Positions 18,617-28,577 of a stretch of 64,000 bases of DNA are shown piece after piece. A program made the translations under genes and the position numbers. The stretch covers positions 97-64,096 of the forward strand of contig JAHJRE010000002.1 of the NCBI GenBank assembly GCA_018831055.1, read 5' to 3'. Position 1 is the stretch's first letter. The number at the start of each line of letters is the position of its first letter. Under the pieces are notes generated by a model. It ran no database searches. It was given only the letters and a program-made list of their open reading frames with translations, and was not told the origin of the DNA. This DNA comes from Bacteroidota bacterium (lineage in GTDB: Bacteria > Bacteroidota > Bacteroidia > Bacteroidales > B18-G4).

Positions 18617-20095
18617 CTAATAATACCTGAACCTCTTCACCTTGGCGATATGTTTAGCCAGCCTTATCACCTGGATTGTATATCCGAACTCGTTATCATA
18701 CCACAAATAAACCACAATATGTTTCCCATCGGCTGAAACCTGTGTCGAAGGAGAATCATAAATGGCTGTTACCGGGTCCCCGATAAAGTCGCTTGAAACA
18801 GATTCATTAGAAGCCGAATATCTGATTTGTTCCACAAAGGCTCCATGCAGGGCGGCGTCTTTCATCATATCATCCAGTTCATTGCGCGTTATAGCTTTTT
18901 TCACACTAAGCGAAAGTATGGCCAGCGAGATGTTTGGGACAGGAACACGAACTGCATTCGCAGTAAGCTTTCCATTAAGTGAAGGGATGGCCTTGGCAGC
19001 CGCGGTATTAGCACCTGTTGTGGTAATAACCATGTTTAAGGGAGCACCCCTGCCTCTTCGAGGTTTTTTGTGATAATTGTCGATCAGATTCTGATCGTTG
19101 GTATAGGCATGTATGGTTTCAATATGGCCCTTTTCTATGCACAGTTTAGTTTCGATCACCGATAAAGCAGGTACAATGGCATTGGTTGTGCAGGATGCAG
19201 CAGAAAATACGTTCTCATTGTCAACGTCAAGTTCTTTATGATTAACCCCATAAACAACATTAGGAATATCTCCTTTTGCCGGAGCGGTGAACAGGACTTT
19301 ACTTATTCCCTTTGCTTTAAGATGCCGCGACAAGCCTTCTCTGTCGCGGAATATCCCTGTATTGTCTATAAGGATGGCATTACTGATTCCATATGACTCA
19401 TAATCAATATCTTCAGGATTATTACCTTCCAGCATTTTTACAATATGACCATTAACATAAATTTCATTTTTTTCAACATCTTCAATAACATTACCACGGA
19501 AGGGTCCATGGATAGAATCATGACGGATCAATGACGCCCTCTTCCTGATATCATCCGGAGTCACCTTACGGGTTACCACGGCCCTTACCCTGAGTTGGGT
19601 GCCATTACCCTGGATAATCAATTCGCGTAAAAGCAGTCTCCCGATCCTTCCAAAACCAAAAAGTACTACATCCCGCGGTTCGGTGAATGGAGGTTGCTTT
19701 CCTATCATCTCCTTTAGCTTATCCTCAACAAATTCCTTTACACCGGCGTATTTCGATTTTTCTTCCGTCCATTCATAATTAAGCTTACCCACATCTATAC
19801 GGGCCTGGTTAATGTCAAGCTCCTGGATAATCTTAGCAATGGAAAGGGAAACGGCAACAGACAACTGTTTTCCAATCACCGTTTTCGCATAGGAATGCTT
19901 AAAAATGATCACACTGGCACTTCGATCTATCAACTGGTTTCTGAAAAAGATCAGTTCAACGGATTTATCGATAAAAAGCTTCCCAACAACGCTGATAAAT
20001 TCCAGACCGGTCTTCTCTTCATCATTCCATTTATTAAGCGATTCTGCAAAATAATTGCTCATCATTTGCTGATCATTTTCATTTAAATCTACCAT
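18617..20095 (-). CDS. gap: Glyceraldehyde-3-phosphate dehydrogenase, long form with a ~130-aa N-terminal extension
   Basis: The Rossmann motif reads VVLFGFGRIGRLLLR and the catalytic site reads SAASCTTNAIVP. The C-terminal WYDNEFGY motif is present. Confidence 0.85.
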   Translation of the reverse strand: MVDLNENDQQMMSNYFAESLNKWNDEEKTGLEFISVVGKLFIDKSVELIFFRNQLIDRSASVIIFKHSYAKTVIGKQLSVAVSLSIAKIIQELDINQARIDVGKLNYEWTEEKSKYAGVKEFVEDKLKEMIGKQPPFTEPRDVVLFGFGRIGRLLLRELIIQGNGTQLRVRAVVTRKVTPDDIRKRASLIRHDSIHGPFRGNVIEDVEKNEIYVNGHIVKMLEGNNPEDIDYESYGISNAILIDNTGIFRDREGLSRHLKAKGISKVLFTAPAKGDIPNVVYGVNHKELDVDNENVFSAASCTTNAIVPALSVIETKLCIEKGHIETIHAYTNDQNLIDNYHKKPRRGRGAPLNMVITTTGANTAAAKAIPSLNGKLTANAVRVPVPNISLAILSLSVKKAITRNELDDMMKDAALHGAFVEQIRYSASNESVSSDFIGDPVTAIYDSPSTQVSADGKHIVVYLWYDNEFGYTIQVIRLAKHIAKVKRFRYY

Positions 20096-20142
20096 ATCCA
20101 GTTATTTTTCGTTGGTTAATACTGACTAATATCTTATCCAAC

Positions 20143-20150
20143 CAAAAATA
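20143..20150 (-). promoter_or_regulatory. Candidate -7 promoter box (TATTTTTG on the minus strand) for gap
   Basis: The plus strand reads caaaaata, 47 nt upstream of the gap start. Confidence 0.3.
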
Positions 20151-20186
20151 AAAAAAAGGGTTAACAAAAAAAATTTTGCTAACCCC
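20150..20186 (-). terminator. Candidate rho-independent terminator downstream of rpoD
   Basis: On the minus strand a GGGTTA / TAACCC stem (6 bp, 16-nt loop) is followed by a T8 run, 22 nt after the rpoD stop. Confidence 0.4.
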
Positions 20187-20207
20187 TTTTTATCAAGAGT
20201 TTTTAAC

Positions 20208-21074
20208 CTATTCTCCCAGATAAGCCTTTAAGAGTTTACTTCTGGAAGTATGTTTCAGCCGTCTGATCGCCTTTTCCTTTATTTGCCGCACTCTTTCACG
20301 GGTAAGATCGAACTTTGCCCCTATTTCTTCCAGAGTGAGTCCATGGTTCATACCAATGCCATAATAAAGATTTATGACATCCCTTTCTTTTTCCGTGAGG
20401 GTTGCCAACGATCGCTGAATCTCCTTGTTCAATGATTCACGCATCAGGGTGGAATCGGTCGATGGACTTTCATCCGTAACATATACATCAAGGAATTTTG
20501 TTTCGTCATCAGGATTGATGGGTGCATCCACTGAAATATACTTCGTGGTGATTTTCATTGCCTTATCTACTTTGTACTCGGGCAATTCCATCAACTCAGC
20601 TATTTCATTGGTGGAGGGCATTCTTTCATATTCCTGTTCCAGCCTTGATGTAGCTTTCTTAATTTTATTAAGCGATCCTACCTGATTAAGCGGCAAACGA
20701 ACCAGCCTTGACTGCTCTGCCAGGGCCTGCAGGATGGATTGACGAATCCACCATACAGCATAGGAAATAAACTTAAACCCCCTTGTCTCATCAAACCTTT
20801 TAGCTGCTTTTATCAACCCCAGGTTCCCTTCATTTATCAGATCAGGTAGCGTAAGTCCTTGATTCTGATATTGTTTTGCGACTGATACTACAAACCTCAG
20901 ATTAGCTTTTGTAAGCTTCTCCAACGCTTTTTGATCGCCCTGCTTGATCCTTTTCGCTAATTCAACCTCTTCTTCGGCGGTAATGAGTTCTTCTTTTCCT
21001 ATGTCCTGTAAGTATTTGTCAAGGGATGCCGTTTCACGGTTGGTAATGGATTTTGTGATTTTTAATTGCCTCAT
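20208..21074 (-). CDS. rpoD: Primary RNA polymerase sigma factor (Bacteroidota SigA/RpoD, short 288-aa form)
   Basis: Region 2 reads [38 protein letters not shown]. Region 4 reads [28 protein letters not shown]. Confidence 0.9.
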   Translation of the reverse strand: MRQLKITKSITNRETASLDKYLQDIGKEELITAEEEVELAKRIKQGDQKALEKLTKANLRFVVSVAKQYQNQGLTLPDLINEGNLGLIKAAKRFDETRGFKFISYAVWWIRQSILQALAEQSRLVRLPLNQVGSLNKIKKATSRLEQEYERMPSTNEIAELMELPEYKVDKAMKITTKYISVDAPINPDDETKFLDVYVTDESPSTDSTLMRESLNKEIQRSLATLTEKERDVINLYYGIGMNHGLTLEEIGAKFDLTRERVRQIKEKAIRRLKHTSRSKLLKAYLGE

Positions 21075-21143
21075 ATTCTCCTTTCTCAGATCCTTTAAAA
21101 ATACTTATAACTTGAAGAACATACTTTTTTTTCAAATAACTTG

Positions 21144-21151
21144 CAAATATA
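21144..21151 (-). promoter_or_regulatory. Candidate -7 promoter box (TATATTTG on the minus strand) for rpoD
   Basis: The plus strand reads caaatata, 70 nt upstream of the rpoD start. Confidence 0.3.
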
Positions 21152-21243
21152 CAAAAAAATGAGCGTTTTTGAAAGTTTTTAACGTTAAAAGATCGTATAA
21201 ATTTTTGACTTGTTTAAAAATAATCTAAATTTAAACAAGGTAC

Positions 21244-22713
21244 CTACAATCCAAATTCATATGTTACCCTCATACCATTCGGATACACCCCCTGTATCCT
21301 TATCGTCCTGTCGGCAGACCCGATAGCAGACTCTACACTGGCTTTTGAGCTGACATCCTGGTCATTCACCCTTATTATAATAAATCCCTTGCGTATACCT
21401 CCGCTCTTAAGCATTCCACCTTCCTCTACTCCGGCAACTTTAAGCCCTCCCGGAATCCTGTAAATTCGCTTTTCATCATCGGATATTCTTTGTAAGGTAG
21501 CACCCAGGGCTTCCACAAAAAACTGTTCATCCTTCTTAACAACGGATGTGGTTCCATCCTCATTTCTAAGTTCAACATTAAAGGCCAGAGGCTTGTTATC
21601 CCTTCGCACGTCAACAGCAACCTTATCTCCAGGTCTGTATTGCCCGACGATTTCCAGAAGTTGTGCAAGAGTGTTAACTTCACTTCCGTTAACACGCATA
21701 ATTACATCTCCCTTTTTTATACCTGCCTTATCAGCTCCACCATTCTCAGATACATCCTCCACATAAACTCCCTTCATATCCTTAAGCCCGCTCTCGGACG
21801 CAAGATCACTGTCTATCTCCCTGGGTATTATCCCTATATAGGCACGTTGTACCTCCCCATAGAGCAGAATATCATCAACAACTTTCCTGACAATATTGAC
21901 GGGAATAGCAAAGGAGTATCCTGTGTAGGAGCCTGTATTGCTAGCAATGGCAGCATTTATGCCGATCAGTTGACCCTCTGTGTTAACCAATGCGCCCCCG
22001 CTGTTACCCCGGTTTACCGCCGCATCGGTCTGAATAAACGATTCAATACCGCCTTGTGTTCCCAGGATGTTGATATTCCTTGCTTTGGCGCTTACTATCC
22101 CGGCTGTAACCGTGGAGGTGAGATTAAAAGGATTTCCAACCGCAAGGACCCATTCCCCAACTTTAACCAGATCTGAGTTTCCGTATATCATATACGGAAG
22201 ATCCTTATGATCTATTTTTATCACGGCGAGATCGGTCGAAGGATCTGTTCCAACTATCTCTGCCTCAAAAACCCTTTTGTCATTTAAAGTAACTTCTACC
22301 AGATCAGCATCCTGAACAACATGATTATTGGTGACAATATATCCTTCAGGAGATATGATCACCCCGCTTCCCCATCCTGAAATGGGATAGGATCGGTTAT
22401 ATTGAGGAGTATTGCTATATCCGAAATATTCACGCAAAGCCCCAAAAAAATCATCATACACACTGCTCTTCCGCATAAACTGGGACCGGATATGCACAAC
22501 GGCATCCACTGTTTTTTCGGCAGCTTTCACAAAATCAGGACCGTTTACCGGAGTTGAAGTCATGTAACTGGCAGGATATACTGACAACTCTTCTGGTTGA
22601 TGATATCCTAAGGGCAAATCTTCGCCTACTGAACTCTTCTTTGAAGATGCTGCCAGATAAACGATCGTAATCCCTAATACCAGCGTGAATGTTATATATA
22701 ATATCCTTTTCAT
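21244..22713 (-). CDS. Periplasmic serine endoprotease of the Do/HtrA/DegQ family with two PDZ domains
   Basis: The catalytic triad context is TNNHVV, DLAVIKI and GNSGGALVN. Two PDZ-like segments follow. I place the start at the internal ATG (MKRILYITF... signal anchor) rather than at the 22761 ORF start. Confidence 0.9.
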   Translation of the reverse strand: MKRILYITFTLVLGITIVYLAASSKKSSVGEDLPLGYHQPEELSVYPASYMTSTPVNGPDFVKAAEKTVDAVVHIRSQFMRKSSVYDDFFGALREYFGYSNTPQYNRSYPISGWGSGVIISPEGYIVTNNHVVQDADLVEVTLNDKRVFEAEIVGTDPSTDLAVIKIDHKDLPYMIYGNSDLVKVGEWVLAVGNPFNLTSTVTAGIVSAKARNINILGTQGGIESFIQTDAAVNRGNSGGALVNTEGQLIGINAAIASNTGSYTGYSFAIPVNIVRKVVDDILLYGEVQRAYIGIIPREIDSDLASESGLKDMKGVYVEDVSENGGADKAGIKKGDVIMRVNGSEVNTLAQLLEIVGQYRPGDKVAVDVRRDNKPLAFNVELRNEDGTTSVVKKDEQFFVEALGATLQRISDDEKRIYRIPGGLKVAGVEEGGMLKSGGIRKGFIIIRVNDQDVSSKASVESAIGSADRTIRIQGVYPNGMRVTYEFGL

Positions 22714-22869
22714 AATTACATAAAGTTTAACATTATATTTTTCCTTTTGTTCAGACTCCATGCAAATAACGTAAAAACACCTTAAAAGTTAAGCCTTTCA
22801 ATGTTAATGTTTGTTAAAAGCACCATTAACAATTCATCAATTTCCGTAGTATTCTGTATTTACTTTGTT

Positions 22870-22877
22870 TAACTTTG
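22870..22877 (+). promoter_or_regulatory. Candidate -7 promoter box TAACTTTG 5 nt upstream of the dapF ATG (near-leaderless geometry)
   Basis: The sequence is taactttg-cattt-ATG, the same spacing as at 11890-11897. Confidence 0.3.
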
Positions 22878-22882
22878 CATTT

Positions 22883-23671
22883 ATGAGGTTAGTTTTTGAA
22901 AAATACCAGGGAACCGGCAATGATTTCATCCTGATAGACAACAGGCAGGATATCTTCAAAAAAGATGCCAGATTTATTGCAAAGCTATGCAACCGGAATT
23001 ATGGTATCGGTGCTGATGGCTTGATTCTTTTAGAGGAATCAACAAATAGCGATTTCCATATGAATTTTTACAATCCCGACGGTTCTCATGCCGGGATGTG
23101 CGGCAATGGTGCCAGGTGCATTACTTCTTTTGCCCGACGGCTGGGAATCATTTCTAATAAAGCCAGTTTTACCGCCGGAGACGGACTGCACGAAGCAGCC
23201 ATACTTGAAATGCGCGATTCCGATGACACTATCCGGATTTCGCTCAAAGACCCTGATATTAAAAAGAATGACACTGGCAATTGGGTAATTGACACCGGTA
23301 CTCCCCATGTTATTCTTTTTCCTGAAAAACAGCAAAGACTGGATGAATTATTTAAAACAGCCGTAGAAATACGCTATTCGGAGCAATATGCGGCTGATGG
23401 TATTAATGTTGACTTTGTATGGATGAAAGATGACCACATCCTTGTAAGCACCTATGAACGTGGCGTTGAAAATTTCACTCTATCCTGTGGTACCGGGGTA
23501 ACAGCTTCAGCCATCGCCGCTTGTTTGAGTGGCTTTACTATTGAACCTGTAAAAGTTGTTACTCCAGGAGGTACTCTTTATGTTGGATTCTCAATCGATG
23601 GAAAGCATTTCCGGAATATTTGGCTTCAAGGAAACACAACCAAGGTTTTTGCCGGAACGATTGAAATATGA
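22883..23671 (+). CDS. dapF: Diaminopimelate epimerase
   Basis: The N-terminus reads MRLVFEKYQGTGNDFILID. Catalytic Cys contexts are MCGNGARC and SCGTGVTA. I chose the ATG at 22883 rather than the upstream TTG ORF start. Confidence 0.9.
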   Translation: MRLVFEKYQGTGNDFILIDNRQDIFKKDARFIAKLCNRNYGIGADGLILLEESTNSDFHMNFYNPDGSHAGMCGNGARCITSFARRLGIISNKASFTAGDGLHEAAILEMRDSDDTIRISLKDPDIKKNDTGNWVIDTGTPHVILFPEKQQRLDELFKTAVEIRYSEQYAADGINVDFVWMKDDHILVSTYERGVENFTLSCGTGVTASAIAACLSGFTIEPVKVVTPGGTLYVGFSIDGKHFRNIWLQGNTTKVFAGTIEI

Positions 23672-23739
23672 TACGGCTCTATTGACAAAAGTCATGCTTC
23701 CATCCATAGGAATTTTATTAAAATAAACTATTTTTACCC

Positions 23740-24291
23740 ATGAAAAATCCGGAAAACATGCTGAAATCGCAAACCCTTTCGCTCCGTGCGCCGGAACCAG
23801 AAGATGTAGATATATTATACCGTTGGGAAAACGACGAAAGCATCTGGCATTTAAGCAATACCCTGACGCCTTTCTCCCGGTTTGCCCTGGAACAATATAT
23901 CATGAACACGCATGAAGACATCTTTTCATCACGACAACTACGCCTGATGATAGATGTAACTGAAAGCCAAACTCCTGCCAGAACAGTAGGGGCAATCGAT
24001 TTGTTTGATTTTGATCCGGCTAACCGGCGCGCAGGCATAGGAATACTCATCATCAAGGAAGAGAGAGGCAAAGGCTATGCATCAACCGCCCTCGAAATGG
24101 TAATCCGATATGCATTTCATCGCCTGGGCCTGCACCAGCTATATAGCAATGTACTTAAAGACCATGAGGCCAGCCTGGAACTCTTCCGCAAACTCCAGTT
24201 TGAAATCGCCGGTCTGAAAAGAGAATGGATTTTCGTTGACAATCAATGGAAAGATGAATATTTACTGCAATTGATCAATCCCGACAGCTAA
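23740..24291 (+). CDS. GNAT family N-acetyltransferase (RimJ/RimL-like)
   Basis: The acetyl-CoA binding segment reads RRAGIGILIIKEERGKGYASTALEMVIRYAF. The protein is 183 aa. Confidence 0.8.
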   Translation: MKNPENMLKSQTLSLRAPEPEDVDILYRWENDESIWHLSNTLTPFSRFALEQYIMNTHEDIFSSRQLRLMIDVTESQTPARTVGAIDLFDFDPANRRAGIGILIIKEERGKGYASTALEMVIRYAFHRLGLHQLYSNVLKDHEASLELFRKLQFEIAGLKREWIFVDNQWKDEYLLQLINPDS

Positions 24292-24307
24292 ATCAAAATG
24301 GACAACT

Positions 24308-25396
24308 ATGCCATACTATCACTCACGCTATACCACAAACTATAGGAAAAAGAAAAAACCATTCTTTCATAAACTGATTCTGTTTCTTTTGTTTTTATTA
24401 ATCATCGCTGCCGGTATTATCGCTTACACCGGTTATCAAATTTTATATAAAAATAATGTCTGGCTTAACAACGAAGAAAAGGTTTCGGTATATATTCCTA
24501 CCGGATCCAGCTTTGATGATGTAAAAAGTATTCTTTACAGCCAGGGAATCATCCTCCACCGAAATAGTTTTGAATGGGTGGCCAAACAAAAAAAATATCC
24601 CGAGCTTATAAAACCTGGTCATTATGTTATTACCAAAGGGATGAGCAATGACGAACTGATAAATCTATTGAGGTCAGGGGAACAAACACCGGTAAAATTG
24701 ATTTTCAACAGCTTACGTTCCAAAGAACATCTCGCCAGGGTCATTTCCCTGCAACTGGAAGTTGACTCTGCCGAGATCGTAGATCTTCTGAACGATTCAT
24801 CATATATGTCAAAATTTGATCTGAAAGATCCTTCCGGCCTTTCCCTTTTCATTCCCAACACCTATGAGTTTTACTGGAATACCAAGCCAACCCAATTCAT
24901 GGAAAGAATGTATGCCGAATATCAGCAATTCTGGAACGATGACCGAAGGATGAAAGCAGAATCAATAGGATTCAGCATACCGGATGTAATCACCCTGGCA
25001 TCGATTGTAGAAAAAGAAACCGCCAAAAATGATGAAAAGGATGATATTGCCGGAGTTTACATTAACCGTCTCAATTTAGGCTGGCGATTACAGGCAGATC
25101 CCACGCTCATTTATGCTCTGAACGATTATAGCATACGGCGTGTCCTTAACCGGCACAAGGATGTTGAATCTCCTTACAATACTTATAAATACGGAGGGCT
25201 GCCTCCAGGCCCCATATGTATCCCCTCCATTTCATCCATCGATGCAGTTTTGAACTATACTGACCACGATTACCTGTTTTTTTGTGCCAGGGATGATTTG
25301 AGTGGATATCATGTCTTTGCAAAGACATCCGAACAACATGCAGCCAATGCCCGAAAATTCCAGAAAGTTCTGGATGAAATGAATATAAGGAAGTGA
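24308..25396 (+). CDS. mltG: Endolytic murein transglycosylase MltG (YceG-like)
   Basis: An N-terminal TM anchor is followed by the YceG signature ASIVEKETAKNDEKDDIAGVYINRL and the motif YNTYKYGGLPPGPICIPS. Confidence 0.9.
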   Translation: MPYYHSRYTTNYRKKKKPFFHKLILFLLFLLIIAAGIIAYTGYQILYKNNVWLNNEEKVSVYIPTGSSFDDVKSILYSQGIILHRNSFEWVAKQKKYPELIKPGHYVITKGMSNDELINLLRSGEQTPVKLIFNSLRSKEHLARVISLQLEVDSAEIVDLLNDSSYMSKFDLKDPSGLSLFIPNTYEFYWNTKPTQFMERMYAEYQQFWNDDRRMKAESIGFSIPDVITLASIVEKETAKNDEKDDIAGVYINRLNLGWRLQADPTLIYALNDYSIRRVLNRHKDVESPYNTYKYGGLPPGPICIPSISSIDAVLNYTDHDYLFFCARDDLSGYHVFAKTSEQHAANARKFQKVLDEMNIRK

Positions 25397-25407
25397 TATC
25401 CTTAATC

Positions 25408-26376
25408 ATGGAAAACACCTGGACCCCTGAGCCCTGCCTTAAACCGCATAGAAAGTGCTGTGGATACAAGGCTTTTTGGTTTGCAGGAGTACTGCTGATT
25501 TTTCAACACGTTGCCTTTACTCAGCATTTGCACAACTTCTACCCCGACACACTAAATAAAAAAAGACTTACCGGGTTAATCATTACCGAAACAATAGCTT
25601 ATTCAGCTACTATGGCTGGATTATATCAGTTATGGTATAAAAATTACCCATCTTCTTCTTTTCATTTCATCAACGACAATCAGGAATGGCTTTTAATGGA
25701 TAAGGCAGGACACGCTACAACAGCTTATTACCTTGGGCGCATTAATTACAACGCCCTGAGATGGGCAGGGGTAAAAGATAAAAAGGCGGTCTGGTACGGT
25801 GGAGCCAGTGGGCTTTTGTTCGTGACCACGATAGAGGTTTTCGACGGGTTTTCAAAGGAATGGGGGGCATCTACCGGCGATATCATTGCCAATACAAGCG
25901 GAGCTCTGCTTTTTGTTTCCCAGCAATTATTATGGAAAGACCAGCGGTTTACTCTTAAATATTCTTTCCACCCATCCGAATATGCTGATTATAATCCGGA
26001 ATTACTGGGGAAAAACACTTTACAGCAGGCCATTAAAGATTATAACGGGCAGACTTTCTGGTTATCAGCAAATATAAAGTCATTCATCCGGCGCGATTCC
26101 CGCTTCCCATCCTGGCTAAATATTGCTTTCGGATATGGGGCAGAAGGAATGACCGGTGCCGGTTCGAACCCAGTATCCATTGACGGTACACCAATTCCAC
26201 CAAGTGAGAGATACCGCCAATTTTATCTCTCGCCCGACATCGACCTTACACGTATAAAGGTAAAATCAAACTTCCTGAAAGTTGTTTTTACCCTTATCGG
26301 TTTTATTAAGATTCCATTACCAACACTGGAATACAATAAGGAAAACAACTTTGTTTTTCATTGGGTTTATTTTTGA
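25408..26376 (+). CDS. DUF2279 (YfiM-like) domain protein
   Basis: The segment FINDNQEWLLMDKAGHATTAYYLG and the overall layout resemble DUF2279. The start is uncertain (GTG 25393 or ATG 25408). Confidence 0.45.
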   Translation: MENTWTPEPCLKPHRKCCGYKAFWFAGVLLIFQHVAFTQHLHNFYPDTLNKKRLTGLIITETIAYSATMAGLYQLWYKNYPSSSFHFINDNQEWLLMDKAGHATTAYYLGRINYNALRWAGVKDKKAVWYGGASGLLFVTTIEVFDGFSKEWGASTGDIIANTSGALLFVSQQLLWKDQRFTLKYSFHPSEYADYNPELLGKNTLQQAIKDYNGQTFWLSANIKSFIRRDSRFPSWLNIAFGYGAEGMTGAGSNPVSIDGTPIPPSERYRQFYLSPDIDLTRIKVKSNFLKVVFTLIGFIKIPLPTLEYNKENNFVFHWVYF

Positions 26377-26392
26377 TGAGAACGAAAAAAAA

Positions 26393-26483
26393 GCAGGCGA
26401 CAAGTTACAAGCTTCAAGCTGCAGGCTGCAACCTGTAACTTGTCACTTGACACTTGTCACTTGTCACTTGTCGCTTGCAACAT
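26393..26483. repeat. Heptamer-periodic imperfect inverted repeat of the same family (ACAAGTT/ACAAGCT/GCAGGCT units facing GTCACTT/GTCGCTT units)
   Basis: Thirteen consecutive 7-nt units are present. The outer arms 26393-26411 and 26460-26478 match at 17/19 positions. The element lies 3' of the DUF2279 gene and 5' of the HAD gene. Confidence 0.75.
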
Positions 26484-26504
26484 CACGAACACAGCATCAT
26501 AATT

Positions 26505-27143
26505 ATGAGCAACTTTAAAATGATCATCTGGGACTGGAATGGAACCCTATTGGACGATACCCGGGTTTGCATTGATTGTATGAATATTCTTCTTACCAAC
26601 AGGAACAAGCCTTTGATCAATTTTGAGCAATACCGGTCTATTTTCACTTTCCCGGTTAAAGAATATTATGAGGCGGCAGGGTTTGATTTTTCCAAGGAAC
26701 CCTTTGATACTCCTGCTCTTCAATTTATAGACCTTTACCGTAGGAGAATTCAAAATGCCGGTTTGCAGACTGATGCCAGATACATCCTGGAATATTTTCG
26801 AAAACAGGGATTTCCACAGGCAATATTATCGGCGATGCAACATGATTTCCTGGAAGAAACCATAGGGATGCATGATATACAAGATTACTTTACATATATA
26901 CAAGGTATCGGGGATCATTTTGGCAATGGTAAAGCTGACCAGGCTTCCATCCTGATGCAGGCAAGCGGTTATCTGCCGGAAGAAGTGATTTTTATAGGTG
27001 ACACGATACACGATCATGAAGTGGCATTGGAAACAGGATGTGAAGCCATCCTGGTATCAAACGGACATCAATCTAACGAAAGGCTTAAACAAACCGGAAG
27101 AAGAGTAATTAAAAATTTAAGCGAATTGAAAATGATACTATAA
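26505..27143 (+). CDS. HAD-superfamily hydrolase (phosphoglycolate phosphatase-like)
   Basis: HAD motif I follows the ATG at 26505 (MIIWDWNGTLLDD), and motif IV reads FIGDTIHD. The 26454 ORF start would translate the repeat element, so I rejected it. Confidence 0.8.
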   Translation: MSNFKMIIWDWNGTLLDDTRVCIDCMNILLTNRNKPLINFEQYRSIFTFPVKEYYEAAGFDFSKEPFDTPALQFIDLYRRRIQNAGLQTDARYILEYFRKQGFPQAILSAMQHDFLEETIGMHDIQDYFTYIQGIGDHFGNGKADQASILMQASGYLPEEVIFIGDTIHDHEVALETGCEAILVSNGHQSNERLKQTGRRVIKNLSELKMIL

Positions 27144-27187
27144 TTTGCTTAAATTCGGTCAATTTTAACGAACTAAATAAGTGACAT

Positions 27188-28555
27188 ATGAAACTGGTAA
27201 AGAGTGTCGCAGAAGCCGTTAATCCCGGCACAATACGTCCGGGCAGCATAATATACATTCAGGGAAATGCAGCAACCCCACAAATGCTATGTCGTCAGCT
27301 TGCCGTTGATACTTCCATTGAGCAGGCCGATACGCTTCATGTACTTTTGTTGGGAGATATAGCTGAATTATTTTCAGAAGAAACCTGTAAAAGGATCCGG
27401 CACAGGATCATTTTTAACGGGCCTCACTCAAGAGTCGCTATGAACAGTGGATGGGCTGCATACCAGTTAATTCACCTGAGCGACATTCCGCATCAACTGA
27501 GAAATTACATTAAACCCAATGTTGTTTTCCTCCAGGTCAGCGGACCGGATAACGGGGGAAATTATAGTTACGGTACTACTATTGAGGGTACTAAAGCCGC
27601 GGTTGATTCAGCCAAAGCGAATAATGGGCTTGTTATTGCGGAGAGAAACAAGCAAATGCCATTTATTTTAGGAACAACCCTGCATGAAAGCGAAATAGAT
27701 ATAATGGTTGATGTCGACTATGAATTGCCCCACAGTCCTGTCCATGAACCGGATGAAAGGGCTAATCGCATAGGTGAAATCATAGCGGAATTATATATCC
27801 ATGATGGGTCGACTCTGCAATACGGGATTGGTGAAGTCCCGGAAGCCGTAACCAATGCCATTATAAAAAAAGGAGTGAAGAACCTGGGAATATACACCGA
27901 GTTACTTGCAGATTCAATGAGGATCATGATCGACAAAGGCATAGTAACCAACCATTACCTTGAAAACAAATTCTCAACTGCATCAATTTTCCTTAGCGGC
28001 TCAAAAGAAGGTTATCAATGGATGCATTTTAACAGTTCCATTCAAAGCCGCCCTTCGGATCAGACCAACAACATTCGCAATATAGCCGCACAACCTAAAA
28101 TGACTGCTATTAATGCGGCCATTGGCGCTGACCTTCATGGAAATATCTGGGCCGACTCTCTGCATGCCCGGCAGATATATAGTGGTATAGGCGGACAGGC
28201 CGACTTTCTCAGAGGCTCTTACCTCTCGCATGGAGGCGTACCCATCATCGCGATGAAGTCCACAACAGATAACGGGGTTTCTAAAATTGTTGATAAATGC
28301 CCCGAAGGAATTACTACAACTGCCATTGCGGCAGATCCGGTTGTAATTGTAACTGAGAACGGAGCATTCAATCCACGCGGACTAACCATTGCCGAACATG
28401 CCATTGGTATTGCCCATCTTTCTTCACCCGAAATAAGAGATAGCCTGTTGAAAAATATTTTTGAAAGCAAAGTTTTTAACAAACCCCGGGGAGCTCTGTT
28501 AAGCAGCAAGGCAAAGGGATTTGTTTCCTATGAGGCGATTAAAAACCACGGATAA
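27188..28555 (+). CDS. Acetyl-CoA hydrolase/transferase family protein (4-hydroxybutyrate CoA-transferase-like)
   Basis: The segments LQYGIGEVPEAV and SGIGGQADFLRGS are typical of the family. The protein is 455 aa. Confidence 0.8.
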   Translation: MKLVKSVAEAVNPGTIRPGSIIYIQGNAATPQMLCRQLAVDTSIEQADTLHVLLLGDIAELFSEETCKRIRHRIIFNGPHSRVAMNSGWAAYQLIHLSDIPHQLRNYIKPNVVFLQVSGPDNGGNYSYGTTIEGTKAAVDSAKANNGLVIAERNKQMPFILGTTLHESEIDIMVDVDYELPHSPVHEPDERANRIGEIIAELYIHDGSTLQYGIGEVPEAVTNAIIKKGVKNLGIYTELLADSMRIMIDKGIVTNHYLENKFSTASIFLSGSKEGYQWMHFNSSIQSRPSDQTNNIRNIAAQPKMTAINAAIGADLHGNIWADSLHARQIYSGIGGQADFLRGSYLSHGGVPIIAMKSTTDNGVSKIVDKCPEGITTTAIAADPVVIVTENGAFNPRGLTIAEHAIGIAHLSSPEIRDSLLKNIFESKVFNKPRGALLSSKAKGFVSYEAIKNHG

Positions 28556-28577
28556 TGGCAAAACACTGAATACTCAA

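Noticed and set aside
26161-26171. T-loop-like ggttcgaaccc, suggesting a tRNA
   Set aside because: It lies inside a well-supported CDS, and no acceptor, D or anticodon stems could be drawn around it.
26282-26518. ORF 26282..26518 (+), and the 26454 start of the HAD ORF
   Set aside because: Both run through the heptamer repeat (LQASSCRLQPVTCHLTLVTCHLSLATS). The HAD gene has a clean ATG at 26505 directly before motif I.
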